Shown: in pieces, positions 27,683 to 37,342 of the stretch
Layout of the letters: the number at the start of each line of letters is the position of its first letter
Numbering within the stretch: the stretch's first letter is position 1
From: an uncultured Verrucomicrobiae bacterium
GTDB lineage: Bacteria; Chlamydiota; Chlamydiia; Chlamydiales; Rhabdochlamydiaceae
DNA: 64,000 nt
NCBI GenBank assembly: GCA_963806855.1
Contig: CAWDYW010000002.1
Span: 64,001 to 128,000 of the forward strand
Direction: 5' to 3'
Program-made: the position numbers and the translations under genes
Notes under the pieces: model-generated
Seen by the model: only the letters and a program-made list of their open reading frames with translations
Databases searched by the model: none
Told to the model about the DNA's origin: nothing

Positions 27683-29320
27683 TTGCTCATCGACGATGTC
27701 CATTCTGCGATTCATGAGGCTAGATCGCAGCTTAAACTGTACCCTGAGTCAAAAGCGCTCCGCCTGAGCTTGATTAAAGCCTTTTCTCGTGGAGGCAATG
27801 AGATTGAGGCGCTCGAGACATGGAAAAAATTGGTAGATGAAGACGCGGAGTTGCTCCACGATCGGACCGCCCTTGAAATGCTCGCCTGGGGTGTCCTCAA
27901 CAAAGGGGAAGACTCCAACCAAATGGCCATCAAAGCCAACGCCCTGATCGGCGCTAGCATGACCCGCGATGCCAAAGCGATCCCCCTCATTCTAGATGCC
28001 CTGCGTGGCAGCAATTCCCTCCTTCGCTCCCTCGGAGTTAGCCTTGCTGCTGCCTACGGCGATTTGCCCCTCCAAGAGGAGATCGCCCGCCTGCTCAATG
28101 AAGAAAAAGTGTGGCAGGTGCGCCTCGAGCTGATCAAAGCGGCCGGTCAGCTGCGGATGAAAGAGACCAAAGAGCGGCTGATTGAAATTGTCGCCCACCC
28201 CCGCACCCTCGCCGAAGAGAAGGCTACCGCCATCATCTCGCTGGTCATGATGACCGAGTCGGTCGAAGATAAAGAACTCGCCACCCTCGTCAGAAGCAAC
28301 CGAGCTGGCCTGCGCGAACTGGCCTGCCAAATCGTCTTCCACCTCAACCTAACCGACAAAATCGGCATGATCCTGCCCCTTCTGCGCGATCCCCACCCCC
28401 TGGTCCGCACCTCCACCCTCAATACCCTGGCCCTTCTCGGAATCAAAGAATTGGAAGGACGCCCCATCTTGGAGCATCCCTATATCATCCGGCTCATGAA
28501 CGATACTGTCCCTGAGGTGGCCATCACAGCCAATTGGCTCGCTCTGCTCAGAGGAGAAGACCGGGGAGTGCTCGAAAAGTGGATCTTAGGTCCCGAAGAG
28601 AAATATGCCCGCCTTGCCGCCGGTGCGCTGGCGATCACAGGCAAAAAAGGGATGAACAAAGCTGAAAAGCTGATGCAAACAAGCGAAAACCCCTACGTCC
28701 AAGTGACCCTCGCTCTAGGACTAATTGGACAGCAGCACAAAATCAAAGAGGCTTGCGCCGTCATCAACCGCAATTTGGCCCTACCCGACAAATGGATGTG
28801 GGATACCGCGATGAATCCGCTATTCCGCTCCCTCGGCCCAAGTACCGTCGAACATACCCCCCAGGTCCCCAACTATCCCAAAGTGGTCGACCAACTTGCA
28901 AGAATTGAGCTCTTAGAAGTGCTGTGCATCATGAAATTCCCTAAAGCCCAGGAAGCGGTGAAAGAGTTCTTGCGCACGAGCACCTGGGGCAGCCTCGGTG
29001 CAGCCGCCTCCACACTCATTCAAGAAGGGGATGAAGAGGCCCTCGACGTCGTCCGCGCTTTGCTCAAAGATCCTGAAGAGAAAGTGCGCATAGAAGCGGC
29101 GATGATTTTGGCTCTCCTTGGGGGAGACAAAGCAGCCGTAGAGGTCTTGAAAGCGGCCTATCCCAACGTCAATCGGGAAATCAAAGTCCACATTCTGGAG
29201 GCGCTCGCCAAAGTGGCCGACCCTGGGACCATCGAATTTCTGCTCGAGCGGCTAAACGAGCCCTTCCAAGTGCTCAGGGTCGTCGCCGCTACTGCAATCA
29301 TCCAGTGCCTCTATCACTAG
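27683..29320 (+). CDS. HEAT-repeat protein, conserved in Chlamydiae (start probably near 27596)
   Basis: Repeated LL.D.....VR..A...L patterns; in-frame signal-peptide-like extension upstream. Confidence 0.85.
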   Translation: MLIDDVHSAIHEARSQLKLYPESKALRLSLIKAFSRGGNEIEALETWKKLVDEDAELLHDRTALEMLAWGVLNKGEDSNQMAIKANALIGASMTRDAKAIPLILDALRGSNSLLRSLGVSLAAAYGDLPLQEEIARLLNEEKVWQVRLELIKAAGQLRMKETKERLIEIVAHPRTLAEEKATAIISLVMMTESVEDKELATLVRSNRAGLRELACQIVFHLNLTDKIGMILPLLRDPHPLVRTSTLNTLALLGIKELEGRPILEHPYIIRLMNDTVPEVAITANWLALLRGEDRGVLEKWILGPEEKYARLAAGALAITGKKGMNKAEKLMQTSENPYVQVTLALGLIGQQHKIKEACAVINRNLALPDKWMWDTAMNPLFRSLGPSTVEHTPQVPNYPKVVDQLARIELLEVLCIMKFPKAQEAVKEFLRTSTWGSLGAAASTLIQEGDEEALDVVRALLKDPEEKVRIEAAMILALLGGDKAAVEVLKAAYPNVNREIKVHILEALAKVADPGTIEFLLERLNEPFQVLRVVAATAIIQCLYH

Positions 29321-30144
29321 ATCAGCAGAGCCAAGAGATGCAAGAGAACCAAGAGCTTTTTTCAGGAGCGGGATTCAGTCCGAAAATTTCCTTGGAGAGT
29401 TCGACTGGGCTTTTGTAATTTAGTTTCCAGAGATCATAGGTTTTGGTATCAGTTTTAATCCTGCGTGTATGTCCAGGTACCTGCCAAAATAAATAATCTC
29501 TATCTACGAACTTTCCTCTTACCGGGTCAAATTTATAGTCTAGGGTGCAAAACCCTTCGATTGGTCGCTTTTCTTCGGGAGTTTCGATCAATTTGAGTAA
29601 ATAGGCCATAGCAACAGTATAAGCGCCTGCTTCACGAGAAGAAGTTTGAAGTCGTTTTTTTTCTTCATAGATATTATAGCGAGCCATGAGCCCCATTAGA
29701 TTCTCAGTGGACATATGACCGGCAGTGACACCCAATTGTTTTAACTGACTTTGCATGTTCGCAGGATCTAAATAGCTCATGTGCTCAATCAGTTGCTTGT
29801 TGAACTTCACTTCCTCATCATATAGAACATCATGATAGTGGATAATATCATAGGTGACATGCGCAGAAAAAAGGAAAGGCCAAGGGCTCTTGGTGCCAAA
29901 TAGTAAGTGTGCGGCAATCATCCCAATAGCAAGGCTTGCAATGGGAACAATTTTACAAATAGTGGACATCTGCTCATTGTGGGCCTTTTGAATATAGGGA
30001 TCATAGGTCACCAGAGGATTAAGCTCCTGTACAACTGGCCTTGTTTCTAAAGCAGGTGCTGTTAAAGTATTACTCATCTTATTTCTCTTTTGTTATGACG
30101 TTTTTCTTCTCGTGAACCCCTATCATCCAGTGCCTCTATCACTA
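29297..30144. repeat. 23-bp direct repeats (29297-29319 and 30122-30144) flanking paralogue 1
   Basis: atcatccagtgcctctatcacta present at both positions. Confidence 0.9.
29322..30077 (-). CDS. Inc-like membrane protein, paralogue 1
   Basis: N-terminal hydrophobic hairpin; close copy of 30965..31705. Confidence 0.8.
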   Translation of the reverse strand: MSNTLTAPALETRPVVQELNPLVTYDPYIQKAHNEQMSTICKIVPIASLAIGMIAAHLLFGTKSPWPFLFSAHVTYDIIHYHDVLYDEEVKFNKQLIEHMSYLDPANMQSQLKQLGVTAGHMSTENLMGLMARYNIYEEKKRLQTSSREAGAYTVAMAYLLKLIETPEEKRPIEGFCTLDYKFDPVRGKFVDRDYLFWQVPGHTRRIKTDTKTYDLWKLNYKSPVELSKEIFGLNPAPEKSSWFSCISWLC

Positions 30145-30939
30145 AAAAAATGATTTGATCCAGGAAATAGCTTTCATCTCCCATCCCATATCGAAATTTG
30201 AAGTCGCGTCAAAAATTTCTCGGGCTAGATCTACAGGATTTTTGTCACTCAATTCATTGAGATTATAGATTTTCCCAGGGCGTTCTATAATGACTCTGCT
30301 TCCGATAAGTACAACCGCCTCGTTGATGAATTGTCTATAAAATTGAAGTCCCCTTTTCGAAGAATTGTCGATAAATTCACCTGTATCAGATTTGAAGTTA
30401 TAGTTTAGATCGCAATAGAATTTCATAACAGGTGCATGTGGATTCGTCATCAATTTAATTAGGTAGGCCATTTCGACTGCATAGGCTCCCTGTTCTTCCA
30501 AACCAGAAAACTGTCGTTTTGATTCATAAAGATTATAACGCGCCACAAGGCCTTTCAGATTTTCAAAGGGTATTTGAGCAGGAACGATTCGGAATTGTGC
30601 GATTTTCTGAGCGACTCTCGCTTCATCTAAATCATTCATGTGAACGATGAGTTGCCTATTGAAATCTGCCTTTTGATCATAGACAAAATTAAGATGCTTA
30701 AAATATCCAAAGCAGACTACAGAGGCTATGAATGGGACAATAGCTGCTCCAGATAAAGTCAAAAAACAGAGTGAAATCAACCCAATGCAAATAGCAGCAA
30801 TTGCTCTGGCCTTACTTACGGATGACATTTCCTCATAATGTTCTAATTTTTGATGAAAATCATAAGTCAATAAAGGACTATACTTTTCTATATCCGCGGG
30901 GACTTCTAAAGATCGAATTGATGGGAAGTATGCGCTCAT
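30142..30939 (-). CDS. Inc-like membrane protein, paralogue 2
   Basis: Bilobed hydrophobic domain; shared motifs FNRQLI, LKGLVARY, AYLIKL..NP, LAREIF. Confidence 0.8.
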   Translation of the reverse strand: MSAYFPSIRSLEVPADIEKYSPLLTYDFHQKLEHYEEMSSVSKARAIAAICIGLISLCFLTLSGAAIVPFIASVVCFGYFKHLNFVYDQKADFNRQLIVHMNDLDEARVAQKIAQFRIVPAQIPFENLKGLVARYNLYESKRQFSGLEEQGAYAVEMAYLIKLMTNPHAPVMKFYCDLNYNFKSDTGEFIDNSSKRGLQFYRQFINEAVVLIGSRVIIERPGKIYNLNELSDKNPVDLAREIFDATSNFDMGWEMKAISWIKSFF

Positions 30940-30964
30940 TCTTTACTCCTTTAAATTTTTCTTT

Positions 30965-31705
30965 CTACCACTGGGGCAACCAAGAACTTTTTTCCAGAGC
31001 TTCAGGAGCGGGATTCAGTCCGAAAAGCTCCTTGGATAGATTGACTGGACTTTTGTCTCTTAGGCTGAAGAGATCATAGGTTTGGGAATGAGTTTTAATC
31101 TTGTATGTATAGCTATAATAATCTTTATCTTTGATCTTTCCTCTTACCGGGTCAAATTTATAGTCTCGGACGCAAAACCCATCGATCGGCCGTTTTTCTT
31201 CGGGATTTTCGATCAATTTGAGTAAATAGGCCATAACAACAGCATAAGCGCCAGCTTCATTACGATAACCGCTTCCAAGTCGTTTTTCTTCATAGATACG
31301 ATAGCGAGCCATGAGCCCCTTTAGATTCTCAAGCGGCATATGACCGGCGGTGACACCCAATTGTTTTAACCGACTTTGTATGTTCGCAGGATCTAAATAG
31401 CTCATGTGCTCAATCAGTTGCCTGTTGAACTCCACTGCCTCATCATAAAGAACATCCTTATCATAGATGAATTTATAGGCGACTATGCAACCAATAAGGG
31501 GAAAAAGGGTAACCCCTTCAGAGACGCCTATTAATAGAGCGGAAATGATCCCAAAAGCAATCACTGCAATGGTACAAATTTTCCAAAAAGTGGACATTTG
31601 CTCACTATGCGCCTTTTGAATATAGGGATCATAGGTCACCAGAGGATTAAGCTGCTGTATAACTGGCCTTGTCTCTAAAGCGGGTGCTGGTAAGGCATTA
31701 CTCAT
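30965..31705 (-). CDS. Inc-like membrane protein, paralogue 3
   Basis: Bilobed hydrophobic domain; same family motifs; AAGGAG RBS. Confidence 0.8.
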   Translation of the reverse strand: MSNALPAPALETRPVIQQLNPLVTYDPYIQKAHSEQMSTFWKICTIAVIAFGIISALLIGVSEGVTLFPLIGCIVAYKFIYDKDVLYDEAVEFNRQLIEHMSYLDPANIQSRLKQLGVTAGHMPLENLKGLMARYRIYEEKRLGSGYRNEAGAYAVVMAYLLKLIENPEEKRPIDGFCVRDYKFDPVRGKIKDKDYYSYTYKIKTHSQTYDLFSLRDKSPVNLSKELFGLNPAPEALEKSSWLPQW

Positions 31706-31720
31706 TTTATTTCTCTCCTT

Positions 31721-31894
31721 TTAACCTATTCCGATTTCGTCGAATTCATTGTAACTTATCCACACAACTTCAGGTTTGCACGGTTGTGTATCAGATGCAT
31801 CCTTTTTTCTTCGTTTAGTAGCCTCTGTTGTGCCTTCTTGAAGAACTTGGCCGTAAGGGTCTTGTTGGCCATGCCCTAATCCTTGTACGCTCAT
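31721..31894 (-). CDS. Small protein (57 aa), absent from the ORF track
   Basis: AAGGAG RBS then MSVQGLGHGQQDPYGQVLQEGTTEATKRRKKDASDTQPCKPEVVWISYNEFDEIGIG*; fills the gap between paralogues 3 and 4. Confidence 0.65.
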   Translation of the reverse strand: MSVQGLGHGQQDPYGQVLQEGTTEATKRRKKDASDTQPCKPEVVWISYNEFDEIGIG

Positions 31895-31906
31895 CTTTGA
31901 TCTCCT

Positions 31907-32800
31907 TTACCACAGCCTCCACCCCTTAGGTGGCTCAGGTAATTCGAAAACTTCATGGGCAAGTTTCATCGTATCCATTGTGTGCAACTCTTCGGCAGTA
32001 AATGTTTTTGTCTTGGTTTTGACAAAAATATCTGCACCTGGATCGCCAATCGCTTGATTGATAAAGCGTTCTAGCGTGTTAAATGGGCAGCACTGGACAA
32101 AATCAGCAAAGGATCTAGTCTCATAGGGCGTCTGCATCAGCATTAGTGCATAAGCGGCTTCGAGGTTGTAAATGGCCGCTTCTCGCACAAGCTTGCTTCT
32201 GGCTAAATGGATCCCATGGATCTTGGCCGCGATCTCGAGTTGCTCGTTATTTGACCAGTCGATATTGGCAGTGTAATAGTCACTTGGTTTCAGCTTTACC
32301 GGCTGCTGAGGATTTTCCTCTGACGCGATTTCAAGAAAATCCCGAGAGACATCGAGATGCTCTTTGATTTTCTGAGCGAGAACCACCTGTTTTTCCTTAT
32401 TATAATTATAGTAAGCGAGCACCGATTTGAGCTCTTTTGGCTCAATACCTGGTTTGACTCCCAATTTTTCGATGTCCGCGCCGAGCTTTGCTTCCTCTAA
32501 GACGTCCAACTTTTGAATGATCTTGCTGTTAAAATCTGCACACTTTGCATAGGGCGTCGATTTATCCCAAAGATAGGATTTAATCACAACAGCGGTGACG
32601 AGAGCGGCGATGGCGATGTGGGCTGCAAAGAAGATCGGGGTATAGATCGCTGCAAAAAAGGCTACAGCGACCGTGCCGACAATCGCAGCTACCGCAGAGG
32701 CCTGCCAAATGAGCTTCCAACGATTATTAATGGCAGCATCTTCAACAGGACTATAGGTAATATCAGGGTTAAGGACTGGATTTGCAACTGCTTGTGTCAT
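31907..32800 (-). CDS. Inc-like membrane protein, paralogue 4
   Basis: Long bilobed hydrophobic domain; LKSVLAYY, AYALMLMQTPYETR, LAHEVF. Confidence 0.8.
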   Translation of the reverse strand: MTQAVANPVLNPDITYSPVEDAAINNRWKLIWQASAVAAIVGTVAVAFFAAIYTPIFFAAHIAIAALVTAVVIKSYLWDKSTPYAKCADFNSKIIQKLDVLEEAKLGADIEKLGVKPGIEPKELKSVLAYYNYNKEKQVVLAQKIKEHLDVSRDFLEIASEENPQQPVKLKPSDYYTANIDWSNNEQLEIAAKIHGIHLARSKLVREAAIYNLEAAYALMLMQTPYETRSFADFVQCCPFNTLERFINQAIGDPGADIFVKTKTKTFTAEELHTMDTMKLAHEVFELPEPPKGWRLW

Positions 32801-32815
32801 TTTTAGCTCCTTTGC

Positions 32816-33709
32816 TTATGACGATTTCCATGGACGAAAAGACCAACGACTGGCTGATTGTGATGGAGGTAATTCGAAGATCTCACGGGCCAAAGTGGGC
32901 GCATCTTTCTTGAGAATCTCCCCTGCAGTAAATTGCCTTAGCTTAGCCTTCATGAAAACATCTGTGGACAGATCCCCATGAGCTTTTGAGATCAGAAGGG
33001 CATCTACCTGGAAAGGAATAAACTGACAAAATTCTCCTAAGGGCCGGTTTTCAAAAGGGGAGTGGAGCAACATTAGAGTGTGGGCAGCCATGACATTGGT
33101 GAGAGCAGCTTGATTTTCGAGATCCCGACTCTTAATTCTCTTCTGTAGAGATTTTGCAAATGAAATGAGCGCCTCTCGGTCCTTCCAATCGAGATTCCCC
33201 ACAGCAAGAGGGGCATTGATAGCAGGGTACTTCTCATGCAATTTCCTTCTCTTTTCGAGTAGCTTGACCTGGTCATCTTTTAGGCGAAGGTATCGAGCCA
33301 GACCCAACTTCAACTCATTTTGAGAAATCTCCGCTGGAGGATTGACCCCTAACTGCTGCACTAAGTTAGGCACCTCCTCATCCTTAATTAGATTGAGTTG
33401 CTTGACCAGTTTGCCCTGAGCGATTGCACTATTGCCATAGCTTGCAGATTTATTGTACAAGTAACTGGCGAACTGGGTCGCATAGTAAAGGCCCAAAGTA
33501 TAAATGGCCAAGATGACCCCAAACACTTGAGAGGGATAAAAAACACTTGTAAAAACAAAACCGCCCGTGGATGCAATAATAAAGAAGGCGATAGAAGCAT
33601 ACTGGGCCACTTTCCAAGCCGATTGCCAAAACTGATCGCTTTGCTCTTGGGCGATTGGATCGATTTTAAAAATTGTATTGAGTGTTGGGGCGGAAACGGC
33701 TGTTGCCAT
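32816..33709 (-). CDS. Inc-like membrane protein, paralogue 5
   Basis: Bilobed hydrophobic domain; LKLGLARY, AHTLMLLHSPFENRP, LAREIF. Confidence 0.8.
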   Translation of the reverse strand: MATAVSAPTLNTIFKIDPIAQEQSDQFWQSAWKVAQYASIAFFIIASTGGFVFTSVFYPSQVFGVILAIYTLGLYYATQFASYLYNKSASYGNSAIAQGKLVKQLNLIKDEEVPNLVQQLGVNPPAEISQNELKLGLARYLRLKDDQVKLLEKRRKLHEKYPAINAPLAVGNLDWKDREALISFAKSLQKRIKSRDLENQAALTNVMAAHTLMLLHSPFENRPLGEFCQFIPFQVDALLISKAHGDLSTDVFMKAKLRQFTAGEILKKDAPTLAREIFELPPSQSASRWSFRPWKSS

Positions 33710-33738
33710 ATTGAAATCTCCATCTAAGATGGCCGACC

Positions 33739-33766
33739 ATTATAGCAAAGAGGGGGAAAAAATCAA
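33739..33766 (-). promoter_or_regulatory. sigma66-type promoter upstream of the Inc-like array
   Basis: TTGATT-16 bp-TATAAT with extended TG. Confidence 0.55.
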
Positions 33767-34173
33767 ACGGTTATTAAAAATTTTAGAGCATCCTGCTGTA
33801 TTCTGAGGAACATATTGGCAAGACCATTCGATCTGCTGGGCGATAGGGAGCCGAGAATCTGCAATTCTTCCAGGAATGTGGGCTTGGACTTGATGATCAC
33901 CTCTGGGGACTCTCCGCTATAAGCTCTAATTAATAGGGCAGCCAAACCGGCCGAAATGAGCGCCTCTGAATGGGCCAGGTAGTAAATCTTCCCATCCTCG
34001 ATCTCCGAGTAGAGGTAAACAATACTTTGACATCCCTTCACAATGTTCTCATCTGTCCTATATTCAAGGGGCATGGGGGGAAGCTGCCTGCCGAGCTCAA
34101 TAATCCTTTGATACCTGTCTTGCTGGCTCAAGCAATCCTGAAAGAGAATTTTTACATCTGCAACAAGGTCCAT
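33763..34173 (-). CDS. sufE: SufE-family Fe-S assembly protein
   Basis: RYQRIIELGRQLP, VKGCQS.V, LSPSRSNGL; start MDLVAD at 34173. Confidence 0.9.
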   Translation of the reverse strand: MDLVADVKILFQDCLSQQDRYQRIIELGRQLPPMPLEYRTDENIVKGCQSIVYLYSEIEDGKIYYLAHSEALISAGLAALLIRAYSGESPEVIIKSKPTFLEELQILGSLSPSRSNGLANMFLRIQQDALKFLITV

Positions 34174-34337
34174 GAGAGAGATTATATAGGAAAATCTAGC
34201 GTTTGTCAAAAATTTCGTGCCCGAGGGGGACCTCCGACTGGTTAAAAAACGGGCACGCACACGGGCACGGAAGAAAAGAAGTTGACATTTAATTGGCGAA
34301 AAAGCTTAATTGTCTTGTTTTGTTGTAGTTAGAGGTT

Positions 34338-34556
34338 ATGGTTAAAGAAGATACCATCAAGATCGACGGTACAGTTGAGGAGCTCCTCCCAAATATGACC
34401 TTTAGGGTTGTGTTGACGAATGGGATGAAGGTGCTCGCTCATCTTTGTGGTAAAATGCGTATGCGTAATATTCGGGTCCTTGTCGGTGACATTGTGACCG
34501 TGGAAATGTCCCCATACGACCTAACCAAAGCGCGGATTGTCTATCGTCAAAGATAG
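34338..34556 (+). CDS. infA: Translation initiation factor IF-1
   Basis: [36 protein letters not shown]. Confidence 0.97.
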   Translation: MVKEDTIKIDGTVEELLPNMTFRVVLTNGMKVLAHLCGKMRMRNIRVLVGDIVTVEMSPYDLTKARIVYRQR

Positions 34557-34627
34557 TAAATTCGGCTCGAAACGACAAAAAGAATTGATTTTTATTGGTA
34601 TTGAAAAGTAAACTTGTGAGCATTCGA

Positions 34628-34699
34628 GCCCAGATAGCTCAGTGGTAGAGCACTTGCATGGTAAGCAAGAGGTCGTAGGTTCGATTCCTATTTTGGGCA
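34628..34699 (+). tRNA. tRNA-Thr(GGT)
   Basis: Cloverleaf; anticodon arm CTTGC-ATGGTAA-GCAAG; upstream of tuf. Confidence 0.95.
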
Positions 34700-34738
34700 A
34701 GGAAGAACCAGAAACAAAGGTAAAACGGAGGATAATAA

Positions 34739-35933
34739 ATGGCGAAGGAAACATTTCAACGGAAAAAGCCGCACGTTAACATCGGTACCATTGGCCACGT
34801 CGACCATGGTAAAACATCCCTAACAGCTGCGATCACAAAAGTTCTCGCTGAAGCAGGCGGAGCGAAATACCGCGATTACGCTTCGATCGACAACACTCCT
34901 GAAGAAAAAGCGCGCGGGATTACGATTAACTCTACACACGTAGAGTATGAAACTGCATCACGCCACTATGCGCACGTCGACTGCCCAGGCCACGCTGACT
35001 ATGTTAAGAACATGATCACAGGTGCCGCGCAGATGGACGGCGCGATTCTCGTCGTTGCTGCAACAGACGGCGCGATGCCTCAGACGAAAGAACACATCCT
35101 CTTTGCCCGCCAAGTGGGTGTTCCTGCGATCGTCGTATTCCTCAACAAGATGGACATGATCGGCAAAGGCGACGAAGAACTCGTTGACCTCGTCGAAATG
35201 GAACTGACAGAGCTTCTCGAAGCAAAAGGATACAAAAACGTCCCGATCATCCGCGGTTCTGCTCTTAAAGCGCTGGAAGGCGATCCACAGTACGTTCAGA
35301 GCGATTAAAGACTTGATGAAAACTGTCGATGAAAAGATCCCAACGCCTAAGCGCGAAATAGATAAGCCATTCCTCATGCCGATCGAAGACGTGTTCTCGA
35401 TCTCTGGCCGCGGAACAGTGGCTACAGGACGAGTGGAGAGAGGTATTGTCAAAGTCAACGATAAGCTCCAAGCTCGATCGGTATCCGCGAAACACGCGAG
35501 ACAGTTGCGACAGGTATTGAGATGTTCAACAAGACTTCTCGATGAAGCACAAGCTGGTGAAAACGTCGGTATTCTCCTCCGCGGTCTTGAGAAAAAAGAT
35601 ATCGAGCGCGGAATGGTTCTCGCAGCTCCTGGAACATGCACACCGCACACAAAGTTCAAAGGAACGGTCTACATCCTGAAAAAAGAAGAAGGCGGCCGTC
35701 ATAAGCCATTCTTCACAGGATACCGTCCTCAGTTCTACTTCCGTACAACTGACGTAACAGGAACAGTCACTCTTCCAGAGGGAACAGAGATGGTGATGCC
35801 AGGCGATAACATCGAGCTTACAGGCAGAACTGCATTGCATCCGATTGCGATGGAAGAGGGAGATGCGTTTTGCGATTCGCGAAGGCGGCAGAACGATCGG
35901 TGCTGGAACTGTAACGAAGCCATTTTGGCTTAA
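34739..35933 (+). CDS. tuf: Elongation factor Tu (apparent frameshifts, probably sequence errors)
   Basis: [39 protein letters not shown] split across frames. Confidence 0.95.
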
Positions 35934-35983
35934 GATATATGAATGCTAGAGGAGAGAGAGTAGCCTCTCCTGCTAGTATTTGT

Positions 35984-36056
35984 GGGTGTGTAGCTCAGCT
36001 GGTAGAGCAGCGATCTCCAAAGTCGCCGGTCGGGGGTTCGAATCCCTCCGCACTCG
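35984..36056 (+). tRNA. tRNA-Trp(CCA)
   Basis: Cloverleaf; anticodon arm GCGAT-CTCCAAA-GTCGC; canonical position between tuf and secE. Confidence 0.95.
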
Positions 36057-36079
36057 TCGTGTGAGAGATAGAGGTATTA

Positions 36080-36343
36080 ATGAGTACGTTGATGGAAGCT
36101 AAACAAAAGAAGAAGACTTCTGAAAAAAAGAAGTTGAAAGATCCGTTTACCTTTATCAGCGAGCTTAAAGAAGAGCTCAAAAAAGTTAGCTGGACGACAA
36201 AGGCAGAGCTGATCTCTGCGACAAAGATCGTGATTATCTCGGTCTTTTGCTTTGGGATTGGGATCTATATTGTGGATCTAGTCATCAAGGGAATTTTGAA
36301 ATGGTTAAGAGATCACTTCTCTTCATCTTCGGCTAAAAAGTAG
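36080..36343 (+). CDS. secE: Preprotein translocase subunit SecE
   Basis: ELKKVSWTTKAEL followed by a TM helix; position before nusG. Confidence 0.9.
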   Translation: MSTLMEAKQKKKTSEKKKLKDPFTFISELKEELKKVSWTTKAELISATKIVIISVFCFGIGIYIVDLVIKGILKWLRDHFSSSSAKK

Positions 36344-36350
36344 GAAAAGA

Positions 36351-36898
36351 ATGCATAAGTGGTATGTAGTACAAGTCATTTCGGGGCAGGAAAAGAAGGT
36401 CAAGAAAGCACTCGAGGAAAATCGAGAGGCTAATGGAATGGCCGAATTCATCGAAGAGGTTCTTGTTCCTACTGAGAATGTCGCCGAAGTCAAGCGCGGC
36501 CAGCAGCGGGTCAGCGAGAAAAGGATGTGGCCTGGCTATATCATGCTCAAGATGAATTTAACTGACGATTCTTGGATGATATGTAAAAAATACAAGAGGT
36601 GTGCTTAGGATTTTTAGGTGGAGAACCACCAACCCCTCTTTCTCAAAGAGAAATCGAAGAGATTTTGAGTGAGCTCGAGAAGAAGAAAGGGATGTTGTCC
36701 AGAAGCATCGAACAATATCGGCGATCGAGTCAAGATTACCGATGGCGTATTCGTCAACTTCATCGGCAATGTCATTGAAGTCTTTCATGAGAAAGGGCGT
36801 TTAGCGTCATGGTTTCGATTTTCGGAAGAGAAACACGAGTGGATGATCTAGAGTTCTGGCAAGTAGAACAAGTCCCCGCGGAAACGGGAATTAGTTAA
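36351..36898 (+). CDS. nusG: Transcription factor NusG (apparent frameshifts)
   Basis: KWYVVQVISGQEKKVK, MWPGYI, KOW motif GDRVKITDGVFVNFIG, DLEFWQVE. Confidence 0.92.
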
Positions 36899-36910
36899 AA
36901 GGATACGATA

Positions 36911-37338
36911 ATGGCAAAGAAAGTAGTTAAAATCATCAAGCTGCAAATTCCGGCTGGAAAGGCAAATCCTGCTCCCCCTATTGGCCCTGCCCTTGGTTCG
37001 GCACAGGTCAACATCATGGCCTTCTGTAAGGAATTTAATGCGAAAACACAAGCTCAAGCTGGGGATATTCTGCCTGTTGTAATCACTGTCTATCAGGACA
37101 AGACTTTTACGTTTATTACAAAGCAACCTCCTGCATCCAGGATGATTTTAAAAGAGCTTGGAATTGAGTCTGGCTCGGGCGTTCCCAACCGAGATAAAGT
37201 TGGAAAACTGACCAAAACACAAGTGCGTGGCATTGCAAAGAAAAAAGACCCGATATCCGTGTCGCCTCTGAAGAAGCAGCTGAGCGACTTGTAATGGGAA
37301 CAGCGCGTTCAATGGGTGTTGATATAGTAGAGGATTAA
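36911..37338 (+). CDS. rplK: 50S ribosomal protein L11 (frameshift near the 3' end)
   Basis: [37 protein letters not shown] in a shifted frame. Confidence 0.95.
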
Positions 37339-37342
37339 AGGC

